A DNA stretch of 64,000 nt from assembly GCA_051599415.1 (NCBI GenBank), contig AP039702.1, positions 124,001 to 188,000 on the forward strand, read 5' to 3'. The notes under the pieces were generated by a model. That model worked only from the letters and a program-made list of their open reading frames with translations. It had not been told where the DNA came from and searched no databases. Numbering within the stretch: position 1 is the stretch's first letter; each line of letters opens with the position of its first letter. The position numbers and the translations under genes were made by a program. Shown one piece after another: positions 46,757 to 57,305 of the stretch. Origin of the DNA: Savitreella phatthalungensis (Eukaryota).

Positions 46757-48187
46757 ATGGCAGACTGCACCGATGATGTTGCGGGTCACGGCGGGATGAT
46801 CGATCTTCCCGAAGAACTTCTTCTAGAAATAGTCAAGCAGCTGGATCTGTTTGGTCTTCTCTCTTTTGCCCAAATTTGCAGACGCTTCCGAAGGCTGATC
46901 GCCACGGATACAGTGTCGAAAGACCTGCTCATCAAACGATTTAGATACACAGAGTACAACTTCCGGCACAAAGCCAGGCTAAGGCAAAATCAATTTGACG
47001 TACTTATCGACAATCTCTCGAGCTATGCTGCGCTTTATCACCGCAAGGCATTCGGGTATGCTGCCGCTTACCAAAGCGGTGGGCTTCCTGCGGCATATGC
47101 GGAAGATCTAGGGTTGACCCCACGACACGGCCATCGAGCGACAGTGTCCGGGCATCTCGTGGCATTCTGGTACTCTGGGAAGAGTATTGCGCAGGTATAT
47201 GACCTGCAACGCAACAAAGCCCTAGCAAGTTGCAAGCTGCCTGCAGGGTTGTTCATCAGGGAGTGTGTCTTTCGCGACCAGGAAGACCTGCTAGTCCTGA
47301 CGAGCAGATCATCTTCGCAAAGCGTGCTGAGCTACGACGTCGCGACGGGTGACCTCGCGGGAGTATTCAAGATGAAGTGCTCGGAGCTCATCAACATCTC
47401 CTACAAGTTTGGCTGGATTCTGTGTGATTGGGCGAAGAAACCGGACAATCGTCGTCTGATGACACTCATCCACTTCGATTCAGGGCTTTACGGGAGTGAA
47501 CGTGTGGACGTTCCAAGCGGTGAAATTCTACATTCGACTGTCGTCATGAAGTCATCCTCGGAAGACTACATATTTGCACCATTCTGCGTGGACGACTGGG
47601 ATAGTGGGCCTGTCTTATACGATTGTATCGATCGAAAACGACATCAACTTCGGCTATCTAGTCTCCCAAGATTTCAAAGATCGGATCAAATTTATGAGGG
47701 ATGGGCAGTCGAGAAAGAGTTGTCGACTCGCGAACTGGCAGATGAACGGCATAAGCTTGTGCCAGACCCTTGGTGGCAGGTGATGCCGACGCGGCTGCTC
47801 AGTGGTATCGACCTTAACTGTTCGATTTCGCTTGGTTGGCAAAGCGATGAGCACGCAAATCCACTGTTTGACATTGAAGAATCGGACGACATTGTCTCCA
47901 TCAACGCCGGACTCTACATCAAAGCATATGAGCCGAACACTCGGTGGATCGATCATCAACAGCCGGAAAAACCAACGGCCAATTTGTTTGATCAGGTCGG
48001 TCGACTGAGAGCACCGGGCGAAGGAGATAGCAGCGAACTTGTCTACTCGATGCTGCTCGCCTCGTACAGCTGGGTCGTCGTAGTTTACACGACAGGATTC
48101 AAGGCTTACAAGATTCATCGCCTGGGCGACTCAAATTTCCAACCCTCAAGGCCCGAGCTTGTGGAACGACCCAATGCCAGCAAATGA
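46757..48187 (+). CDS. F-box protein
   Basis: N-terminal F-box 'IDLPEELLLEIVKQLDLFGLLSFAQICRRFRRLI'; C-terminal region unrecognised and beta-rich. Confidence 0.85.
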   Translation: MADCTDDVAGHGGMIDLPEELLLEIVKQLDLFGLLSFAQICRRFRRLIATDTVSKDLLIKRFRYTEYNFRHKARLRQNQFDVLIDNLSSYAALYHRKAFGYAAAYQSGGLPAAYAEDLGLTPRHGHRATVSGHLVAFWYSGKSIAQVYDLQRNKALASCKLPAGLFIRECVFRDQEDLLVLTSRSSSQSVLSYDVATGDLAGVFKMKCSELINISYKFGWILCDWAKKPDNRRLMTLIHFDSGLYGSERVDVPSGEILHSTVVMKSSSEDYIFAPFCVDDWDSGPVLYDCIDRKRHQLRLSSLPRFQRSDQIYEGWAVEKELSTRELADERHKLVPDPWWQVMPTRLLSGIDLNCSISLGWQSDEHANPLFDIEESDDIVSINAGLYIKAYEPNTRWIDHQQPEKPTANLFDQVGRLRAPGEGDSSELVYSMLLASYSWVVVVYTTGFKAYKIHRLGDSNFQPSRPELVERPNASK

Positions 48188-49170
48188 GGCGTTACTTTGG
48201 ATGAAGGAATGTAAATAGCGGATGTACTTTGACATAGCTCTCTGGACGGGGCACATGTGGCATGCTCGCGGCAGGTACCCAACTGTGTGATATACCTGCA
48301 TAATTTCATCCTCCATCTGCGAGCGTCACCAAATGGACAGGTGCTGATCATTGTTCTCTCGTCGAGTTATGCAAATCTAATTGCAAAGGGGGAGCCAAGC
48401 CGTTGCAAGCGAGGGATGGAATTCTCCTACGAACCGTTGAAGCGATGGACTCGAATCAATGTCACAGTCAGCATAGGAGACGATACAGCTAAACATGATA
48501 GGGCCGTAGAACGAGGAAGTCATGGCCAGCAAGAGTCATCACATACCTGATAGACCGACCTTGTACACCTGAAAGGCAAACAGAATCTGTCCATGCATAC
48601 GTACTACTGAGTAGATCGATCCGCGCGGCAAACTTTGATTCTATAATTAGCGCCAAGCAAGTAATCTATCTGATCCACTCCACAAGCGTTGCCTGAAATA
48701 GATTTCAATCTGATTCGAGTGGTGACGATATTCTCTCGGCAAAAATGCTCAGTCAATCCACAGCAGCTGTAAATCCAGAGTAAAATTACCCACTCAAGCT
48801 CAAAAGTCAACAAGAAATCTATTCAGGCTGAAAGGTTTAGATGCCGTGGATGTTTGGTTCTCAGCTAAATTACTCATTTGACCAGAACTAATCAACCTGA
48901 GTTGTAATCTTTGAGCCTTACAAGTGGAACTTCAGTAAATGTCAATTTATTCACAGACCTCAGCGGCAGTAACCATAGTTTCAACTAAATCCACACCAAC
49001 CCACAAACTGTGCAGAAGAGATCTCTTGAGCGATATATGCATGCAAAGTAGTGTCAGTACTCTTCCATCTACATACTGCAGAGCTCCAGCTAGAGTAAAG
49101 TTAAGTTTACCCTTTGATTACTACGTGCACAGCAACTAATTCACAGATCATCAGAGCAACAACAATTACG

Positions 49171-49194
49171 CTGCACTGCACTGCACTGCACTGC
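49171..49194. repeat. (CTGCA)n pentanucleotide repeat, about 5 units
   Basis: ctgcactgcactgcactgcactgc upstream of the MscS gene. Confidence 0.8.
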
Positions 49195-49620
49195 CTAATA
49201 GTCAATCAACCACCGTCATCAGGGGTGGCATTCACATCCACATACAGTATATACCATCCTTTCTACCCATCATCCCTGACACATTCTTCAGCAAAGGTCC
49301 AAGTATTCACCCAAGATTGTATTCACTCGCTCGACTTGCCTGAAATCTAGACAAGCAGTCACAGTAACGAGGAGACGCAGTCAGTAGTCCACAAACAGCG
49401 TTGCACACAGGGTCGAGGGTAAGGAAGAATCAGGTCACGCACACGCAGTCGAGCTGCTAGATCCCCTGACAACCTCGTGAGCTTTCCGATACATCTCATC
49501 GGATCGTCATCCACGGTATTCTGACAAGCAGGTCACGAGATCACCATCGACCTCAGATCCACCATTTCATCCGAAAGCTCCTCCGGCCTTTCATCCTTCT
49601 GAATTCATCAAAATCCAGTC

Positions 49621-52485
49621 ATGTCCACGCGGCAGGACTTTGTGCAGCTCAGGGACCTGTCGCCCCCTTCCGGCTCATCAGGTACAGCATACATGCGCGC
49701 GTCCCTGGAAGACCAGTCCTTTGCCCACGATGCAGAGGACAACGAGTCACAGTCCCCAATCATTGGGGAAAAGTCCAATACGCTTGCACATGAGGCCATC
49801 CGGCGTGAGCTGACCCAACAGCAACCGCATCTCGGTCAGCCACCTGATGATGCATCAGGCGGTAAACCTGTACTCCGTCGCCGCAAAGCATGGCAGGATA
49901 CGCATGAACGCAAGCGTGTCACCCGTGCAGGACGCTTCTACCAGCGGATCATGGCCATGGGATTCATTCCACGATGGTTATCTATCATGATTCCGATCGC
50001 TATCCTTATCGCAGTTCCTATCATCGCTGGAGCATTTGAGCCACAATCGAAAATTGCTAATGTCAGGATCGTCTGGTTCTTTACCTGGATCGAAGCTGTC
50101 TGGCTCGGCCTCTGGGCAGCCAAGCTGGTTGCGAAGCTCGTCCCTTACATATTCCGCTTTGTGGTCTCTGTCGTATCAGCATCGACGGCGAAGTACGCCG
50201 CGGTCATCAAGGCATTGGAGTTTCCCCTAACACTCTTCCTCTGGTCAATCGTCTCACTCTCCACCTTCTCACCGATCATGACTCAAAATCCAACACAGCG
50301 AGCTGAGGGCGACACAAACTTCTCCCACTGGGAGTCGATTGTCGCAAAGATCCTGACTGCAGCCATGCTATCCTCAGCTGTCTATTTGGGAGAGCGGATT
50401 CTCGTACAGCTGATCGCCATACACTTCCACAAGACTCAGTATGACATGCGCATCACAGAGAACAAGTGGGCTGTCAACATGCTCGCTAAGCTTCTCGGTC
50501 ACTCGAGAGCAATGTTTCCACGTTTCGGTGGCGATTTTGATCAAGAGGATGCAATGATTGAGCCCGCTGCATTCGCGAGCCTCTCGCGCAGAGGCGGTCT
50601 GCTCGCACCTGACGTTGCACGTGGCGGCACTCGCTCGGCAGGTAACGTCACGCCGATGCAATTCGTTAACGGTGCCAGGCGCGTGTTTCAGGTCGGTGCA
50701 GGCCTGGTCGGCAATGTAGCACAAGAAGTGCGTGGCGACAAATTCAACGTGCCAGGCTCGCCTTATCAGATCGTTGTCGAGTCACTCCTTCACCAGCGTG
50801 CTTGCGAAGCACTTGCTCGTCGTATCTGGCTGTCATTCGTTCAGGAAGGAAACGAGGCTCTCCTACCGGAAGATATGCTCGATGTCTTTGGAGAGGGCAG
50901 CCGCGAGGATGCAGAGGCGGCATTCACTTACTTTGACGAAGACATGAATGGTGATGTCTCGCTAGACGAAGTTACCATGAAGATTCTGGAAGTCAGCAAA
51001 GAGCGCAAGGCCATCTCAGCATCACTCAAGGACGTCGATAGTGCTATCGAAAAGCTTCACAACGTCCTGCTTGTGATCGTTTTCATCATCAGCGTCTTCA
51101 TCTTCATCGCTCTCCTCGACACCAACTTCAAGACCCTGCTCGCTACATCTGCTACAACCCTGCTATCCCTGAGCTTCATCTTCGGTACCACTTGCCAGGA
51201 GATCATGGCCAGTCTGATCTTCGTCTTCATCAAGCATCCATTTGATGTCAGCGACCGCGTTGTCATCAACAACCTCCAGTATGTCGTTCAAGAGATGAAC
51301 CTCATGTTCACGATCCTAAAGCGCTCCGATGGCACACAAGTTCAGGCCCCAAACTCTCTGCTCAACACGCTGTTCATTGACAATGTCCGTCGATCTGCTG
51401 CAATGCTTGAGGTGGTCAGCGTTAGCGTCGACTTTGGCACATCGCTCGACAAGATCGAAGCTCTGCGTAATGAGATGCTTGACTTTGTTCAACGCGAAAG
51501 CCGCGACTTCCAGCGCAATTTCGACATTACGGTCGCAGACTTTGCTGATCTTGGTAAGCTCAAGCTCACCATGGCAATCAGCCACAAGAGCAATTGGCAG
51601 AACGATGCTCTTCGTGCGCAGCGACGCAACAAATGGATGTGCGCGCTCGCCCTAGCAATCAAGAAGCTCGAGATCAAGGCTGGAGGTCCATCTTCTGGCG
51701 ATCCTGCGAATCCCTTCGTCATCTCGCAGGTCGAGAGCAAGGCACTCCAAGCGACCGATCCATTTGCGACCCCAGCCAACACAGCCGGAGGATCTGGCCC
51801 ATCTCGCGCAGCTTTGGGCACTGACGCGATTGCTCCACCAGAGTATCGCATCGACACGACTCTCGGTGCCGGCGAACGACGTGACGAGGCCTTCGACGTG
51901 GACTTGCGCAGCGGAGGCGAGGCCGAGCGTCTGGAGGCTCGACTGCCGTTCACTATCCAGGAGGAAACCGATATTCTCCTGGCCGACGAAGAAGCTCGCG
52001 ACTCGCGCCGATCTGGAAGCGTTCGTCGCCGCGGCAATAGCAACCAGCAGGGTAATTCGTACCTGCCGCAATTCGTGAGTCCTGCAGCCGCGTACTCGGG
52101 CTACACTTCTGCCGCGCAAGATCTCCCCTCGAACGCGCAGCAACTCGATCCTGCTGGAAATGGCGTTGTCCGTACAGAGACCATGGGCTCAGTACGCTCT
52201 ACCGCCACAGGCAAGGCACGTACTGGCCGCCGAGGCAGTTCACAGCGCTCAAATTACCGCGAGGGCGCGGCGTATGGTGCGCCTTTGCGACAGGAAAATA
52301 GCGGGTCGTCGACCGCATACCGACGACCAGTCAATAACTCCCAAGAGCCACCTGTTATCCCGCCTGCCATCGTCCGCACAGTCCATGGCGGAGCGAACAA
52401 TGACAACATGGTCACCAATCCTGGCTACGCTCGTACGTCTGGAGCGAATGCCGGTCCTGGAGCAGGTGGCACCAATCGCATCTAA
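49621..52485 (+). CDS. Mechanosensitive channel, MscS family (Msy1/Msy2-like) with EF-hand
   Basis: 'ALARRIWLSF', EF-hand 'FDEDMNGDVSLDE', 'FIKHPFDVSDRV', 'QAPNSLLNTLFIDNVRRS', 'HKSNWQN'. Confidence 0.93.
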   Translation: MSTRQDFVQLRDLSPPSGSSGTAYMRASLEDQSFAHDAEDNESQSPIIGEKSNTLAHEAIRRELTQQQPHLGQPPDDASGGKPVLRRRKAWQDTHERKRVTRAGRFYQRIMAMGFIPRWLSIMIPIAILIAVPIIAGAFEPQSKIANVRIVWFFTWIEAVWLGLWAAKLVAKLVPYIFRFVVSVVSASTAKYAAVIKALEFPLTLFLWSIVSLSTFSPIMTQNPTQRAEGDTNFSHWESIVAKILTAAMLSSAVYLGERILVQLIAIHFHKTQYDMRITENKWAVNMLAKLLGHSRAMFPRFGGDFDQEDAMIEPAAFASLSRRGGLLAPDVARGGTRSAGNVTPMQFVNGARRVFQVGAGLVGNVAQEVRGDKFNVPGSPYQIVVESLLHQRACEALARRIWLSFVQEGNEALLPEDMLDVFGEGSREDAEAAFTYFDEDMNGDVSLDEVTMKILEVSKERKAISASLKDVDSAIEKLHNVLLVIVFIISVFIFIALLDTNFKTLLATSATTLLSLSFIFGTTCQEIMASLIFVFIKHPFDVSDRVVINNLQYVVQEMNLMFTILKRSDGTQVQAPNSLLNTLFIDNVRRSAAMLEVVSVSVDFGTSLDKIEALRNEMLDFVQRESRDFQRNFDITVADFADLGKLKLTMAISHKSNWQNDALRAQRRNKWMCALALAIKKLEIKAGGPSSGDPANPFVISQVESKALQATDPFATPANTAGGSGPSRAALGTDAIAPPEYRIDTTLGAGERRDEAFDVDLRSGGEAERLEARLPFTIQEETDILLADEEARDSRRSGSVRRRGNSNQQGNSYLPQFVSPAAAYSGYTSAAQDLPSNAQQLDPAGNGVVRTETMGSVRSTATGKARTGRRGSSQRSNYREGAAYGAPLRQENSGSSTAYRRPVNNSQEPPVIPPAIVRTVHGGANNDNMVTNPGYARTSGANAGPGAGGTNRI

Positions 52486-52588
52486 ACATGAATATTGGAC
52501 GACAAGTCCCTCGTTGGACCATTCGAGCACAACAGATAGCATCGGCAATGATGATGATACGCATTCGAGTCGTTGAGCGACTACTACC

Positions 52589-53572
52589 TCATGAGTGTGC
52601 CTTTGCAGTCTCCTCTTCCACTTTTTGTGCATCCTCCAGAGAAGCTCCAGACTTCTTACCCGTGCCTCCTTTGACGGCGCGTGCACCAAACAGCCTCGTG
52701 CCCACACGGACGGTGTCAGCGCCTTGCTTGATAGCGGCCTCAAAATCTTGTGACATTCCCATAGACAACTTGAGCTCGTCCTTCCAGCTCGCCCCATTCT
52801 GCAAGCGCAATTGTGCATCAGCATCGAGCGTCGCGGCCAGAGTGTCCCTCGCCTTAATGAGCGCAGTAAAGTCGCGATTTTCAGCAGGCCTGTCCTCACC
52901 GACAGCCCCGGAAGCGCTACTCTCGCCGAGCGACCCGATCGTCATCAATCCCACCAACCTCAGCGTCTCCGCAAGCCCATCTGACAGAACATGTCTAGCC
53001 AACTCTGCCAACGCCTCGTCCCCCTCCACCCCTGACTTCTCCGCCTCCCCAGACGTATTGACCTGCAGATACACCTCCAATCTACCACACCCAGGCTCAC
53101 GCTCTTTCAAAATCACCCTACCCTTGTGCAACTCTGTCGCCTTCTTGGCGCTATCGACTGTCTGGACACCTGCCAACGCACTGCCTCCCTCAAGCGCGAG
53201 CTGCTTGCACTTATTCGACTGCAGCCCACCGATGAACCACCACCTGATCTTCTCCTCCCCTGCCAGCAACCCACGCTTCACAAGCAACTCCTGCACATAG
53301 TTCTCCCCGAACCCGCACTGGCCAGTTCCCCTGTGCAGCGCGAGAATATCAGACGCAGGCTTCAACTTCGATACCGCAATCAGCTCTACCTCCCTCCCAC
53401 CAGCGCTATCGATCGCCTCGCGCACCGATCTCCAATTCTCCCGGAGCGTGTCAAGGCGATCGTCCGTGTACGTCAGCGAGGTCTCGTAGCCCGGTGGGGG
53501 TATTTCGGTGGATGTCGACATGGTACGGATGCAGCGGTAGAGAGAGGGTCGAGAGCAGATATGCCGTAGCAT
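52589..53572 (-). CDS. PLPBP: Pyridoxal phosphate homeostasis protein (YggS/PROSC/PLPBP)
   Basis: 'LIAVSKLKP', 'FGENYVQEL', 'FIGGLQSNK', 'QVNTSGE.EKSG', 'GLMTIG', 'LSMGMS.DF..AI..G...VRVG..LFG'. Confidence 0.95.
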   Translation of the reverse strand: MLRHICSRPSLYRCIRTMSTSTEIPPPGYETSLTYTDDRLDTLRENWRSVREAIDSAGGREVELIAVSKLKPASDILALHRGTGQCGFGENYVQELLVKRGLLAGEEKIRWWFIGGLQSNKCKQLALEGGSALAGVQTVDSAKKATELHKGRVILKEREPGCGRLEVYLQVNTSGEAEKSGVEGDEALAELARHVLSDGLAETLRLVGLMTIGSLGESSASGAVGEDRPAENRDFTALIKARDTLAATLDADAQLRLQNGASWKDELKLSMGMSQDFEAAIKQGADTVRVGTRLFGARAVKGGTGKKSGASLEDAQKVEEETAKAHS

Positions 53573-53787
53573 GGTCGCGGCTAGACGGATATAGGGCCTC
53601 GCGAGTGTGTGTGGTGTTGGACAGGTTGCCCCACATACACACACGCTCACACACACGAGCGCGAAAAAGATAAAATCAGGAATCGATGAGGTCATCGAGG
53701 TATTTACAATGCAGAATACACTCGTGTAATGAGGCGAGAATAATTATTCCATCATGATACAGAATGTGAAAGGTGCAAGGAGGTTGA

Positions 53788-55716
53788 CTAGTAGCCTGCT
53801 GCGTAGCCTCGCTTGCGCGGGTCGCTCATTGCGTAGAGTTTGCCATTCAGCTTCTCGACCGCTTGGATTTCGGACCTTGGTTGGCCTGCTGGGTACTGTT
53901 CTAGGATGTGGCCTTTCCGGAGAAGGCCGTCCTTGATGACGCGTGAGAGGTTGTCTTCGACTGAGACAACGTCCGGAAGGAGTTGATGGTGGACGCGTGG
54001 ACTCTCGATCGTCGTTCGCAGATCAAATCCCCAGTCAAGCCGTTTCACAATCGCCTCGAGTACAGCAGTCACAATCCGTGATCCGCCGCTTCCACCAAGC
54101 GACATCCGGACAGTCCCATTCTCGACCACGATCGTCGGTGTCTGGGAGGAGAGGGACCGCTTGCCTGGGGCAATGTAGTTGTAGATGGATGGTTCGAGGC
54201 CAAAGGCGTTGCGTGTGCCTGGGATGGAGAAGTCATCCTGCTCGTCGTTCAGGATGATGCCTGTCGTTGGTTCGAGTAGGCCCGAGCCGAAGATCAGATT
54301 GACGGTGGTGGTGATGCTGACAGCATTGCCTTCTTCGTCGATCGCTGAGATATGAGTCGTTCCGTGGTCTGCCACGCGCTCATACTTTGGGTTGTAATGC
54401 TGCCATGGGTGCGTGTATCCGTCAGAGGTGTTGCCCGCTGCAGATGACGCAAATTCACCACCCATCAGCTCTCGCTGACGATCGCGATTGTCCACAAAGA
54501 ATGGATCTCCCAGCTCGGTCCGGCCGGCTGCCATCCACTTCATCGCTTCGACAAGACGGTGGACACCCAGGACAGTGTGCCCTTCACGGTGTCCGAGTCT
54601 CTCGAGGATATTCAGTGCCTCGAGTAGGACGATGCCGTTCGATGGAGAGTCACATGTTAGGATATCGTACCTGCCGCGGTACGTGCCTTTCAGTGGCTCC
54701 TCGACACGTGCTTCGTAGTGCCGCATGTCTTCCATACTCAAGATGCCACCATGCTCACGTACAAAGGAGACAAGCGCGTGGGCAATTTCACCCTCGTAGA
54801 AAGCTTTGCTCCCGTGCTTGGCAATCTTCTGCAAAGTGTCTGCGAATGCCTCTCGCCGAAGTGTCTCGCCTGGCTTAAGAAGCTCTCCTGTAGGTGCAAA
54901 GATCTCTGCAAACGACGGCTCCGCCAGTAGCGGTCCGCCCCACAATTGCAATCTGTTGGCCAGTTCGAGTGGTGTCGCAATACCATTCCGAGCTATCCGT
55001 ATGCTCGGAGAGAAAAGTTTGTGCCATGCAAGCTTTCCGAACATCTTGTGAGCTGTCTCATATCCTCTAATCTCTCCGGGAACGCCGACAGAAAGACCTC
55101 CTCGCTTTGAGAGGGTCTGATTATGGTGATACATATTTTTGTGGGCTGCTGCAGGGGCAGTCTCTCTGAAATTGATGACCTTCGGCGGAACGGAGGTGTT
55201 GGCCGGTCTGTAGATCAAGAAGCCGCCGCCGCCGATGCCGGAGGAGAACGAATTGATGGTACCGATGCACAGAGCGGCTGCAATACCGGCGTCCATAGCG
55301 TTGCCTCCCTTTTTGAGGATCTTGACGCCTACCTTTGAGCACTCCTCGAGCTCTGTTGCAACGGCGCCGTGCGTGGCAACGACAAGGCCGTGAATGTCTC
55401 GCCATGGCCAGGCGACGAAGAAGATGACGGAAAGTGCGAGGATGATCAGGAGGAGAGCAATGCCGTACAGTGTCCTGCGCTTGTTGAATGCCGTGTCATC
55501 CTCGTCTTCATAACCCTCAGCAGCTAGTCTCTGTGCTTCCTCATCCAACTGACGATCTAGCAAGGGTGTCTGTTCATCTGCGCGTCGGCCTTCTGCGGCT
55601 GAAGTGTGCTGTGCAGAGCCAGAGGCGGGTGTACGCGCCTTTGGTCTTTTAGTACGAGAGGATGACTTTCTGCGATTTGGCGGCCGAGCTGCTTGGACCT
55701 CTGCCGGCATGGACAT
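53788..55716 (-). CDS. GGT1: Gamma-glutamyltranspeptidase (type II membrane, vacuolar)
   Basis: TM anchor, 'GGNAMDAGIA', 'SSGIGGGGF', 'FRETAP', autocleavage 'HGTTHIS', 'GGSGGSRI', 'SDPRK'. Confidence 0.95.
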   Translation of the reverse strand: MSMPAEVQAARPPNRRKSSSRTKRPKARTPASGSAQHTSAAEGRRADEQTPLLDRQLDEEAQRLAAEGYEDEDDTAFNKRRTLYGIALLLIILALSVIFFVAWPWRDIHGLVVATHGAVATELEECSKVGVKILKKGGNAMDAGIAAALCIGTINSFSSGIGGGGFLIYRPANTSVPPKVINFRETAPAAAHKNMYHHNQTLSKRGGLSVGVPGEIRGYETAHKMFGKLAWHKLFSPSIRIARNGIATPLELANRLQLWGGPLLAEPSFAEIFAPTGELLKPGETLRREAFADTLQKIAKHGSKAFYEGEIAHALVSFVREHGGILSMEDMRHYEARVEEPLKGTYRGRYDILTCDSPSNGIVLLEALNILERLGHREGHTVLGVHRLVEAMKWMAAGRTELGDPFFVDNRDRQRELMGGEFASSAAGNTSDGYTHPWQHYNPKYERVADHGTTHISAIDEEGNAVSITTTVNLIFGSGLLEPTTGIILNDEQDDFSIPGTRNAFGLEPSIYNYIAPGKRSLSSQTPTIVVENGTVRMSLGGSGGSRIVTAVLEAIVKRLDWGFDLRTTIESPRVHHQLLPDVVSVEDNLSRVIKDGLLRKGHILEQYPAGQPRSEIQAVEKLNGKLYAMSDPRKRGYAAGY

Positions 55717-57305
55717 GGAGCTGTCCAAGCGTCAATCGAATGAGCTAGTTCAAGACGTGCGTCACACTGGGCGTGCGCTGCAATGTGACAAAGAGAGCAC
55801 AAGAAGGTAATAACCGTTAAGGATACGGTAGGAGAGAATCTGGAAGGGGGTTTAGTATCTCTGTTGCCGTGGTGCGGGATGCTAATAAGATTGTTCTATA
55901 GTATCGATCTGGTGTGCATGGCCATACACTACACTGCATGAACATGATCAATCGATCGATCGAATGATTTGTGGATATGGATGCACGTCTTACATGCGAC
56001 TTACTTGAATTCGGTTTACCCGGTCGTTCGTATATGAATCTGTACAGTAGATTGAATGCACGTCAGAACTGAATTCCACAACCAGAAATCAGATCCAGAA
56101 GGCAGTATATATATAATCTATGAGATAGTATTGGACGCACGTGAGCATGAACTCTTACAAGAGCACACGTATACAGATCTTTAGCTTAATATTCTAGAGC
56201 ATTATTAAGCTACAGATCCTAGAGCATTATGTATTCACTCACTTGACACAGATACTATCCCTCCTAGGGCTAATTCGATCGATGACCTGCACACCCAGTC
56301 CTCTACCGAAGCCTTTGACAAGTGATGTTGTGATTGGTTATTCTGATGCAGTCATTTAAAGTGGCTTTATGCCATACCATTCGCTGTAGATGTCCAGTAT
56401 CAGCTTCAGCATCACTATTTCATGTAGTCATCCAATCACTATCAGTGCAAGTATGGAGGCTTTTGACGCTTCAGCTTCTCTCTCACAGAGTCAGAAGAAT
56501 GAAGATGTCATGGGGACGGAAATAGTACCTCAACTATGGAAACTAGAATTTCCGAAGAAGGATGAATAAGCTTCTTCCAATTGAGATCGACAATTTCAAT
56601 GTAAAAAGTTTTTCTTTCGAACTTTCTTTCATTCCGGTCGGCCACAGTAATTGTCATTCAGCCAAGGCCAATGCAAAGTATTTTGAACCTTTGCAGATTC
56701 AGGTTAGATTCCGTCTCGCGAGTGCCGAACTCTTGGGTCGGCCGCAGCAGCAAGAGCCCTCCAAGGTCAGTCATCATCACTACAATCAGCCACACTCACC
56801 AGAACCACTCAAGATTTGCATCTTTTAGCCAGTTAGCCTGAGTGGTTCTGCATACTGTTGAATACTCATGAGATTTCTGTAAACGATTTCTGGATGAGCA
56901 CAGCACAAAGCTTGAGACACTTAGTATTTCATTTCAAAGACGCCACAGCGGCAATTAGCAGTCAACTCCACCAGCAAGGTTGCGCCTACAGTCACTAAGC
57001 TCTCACTACAGGGTGATCTCTGCTCGAATTCACGCCCAGAACTGGGAAGTGAGCAAGTGCAAACTGAACTGGGAACGTGAGGCGAAGCTCTTTTTGAAAA
57101 ATGCGTCATCGGCAGTATCCCAATTCCTCTCAATCTAGAATGAATCGATCCGCGGCAATTCATACGCAGCTCAAATCACAACATCAGACCATCACCCAGA
57201 TCAGTCATTCACATTACTAACACACCGAGTACCCAGACAGCCATATAAGAACACTACAATTCTAGCATTCCGCAGTAACATCTTCACACAATACATACAC
57301 ACATC

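Noticed and set aside
52488..53300. 270 aa plus-strand ORF
   Set aside because: Mostly antisense to PLPBP; no independent motif.
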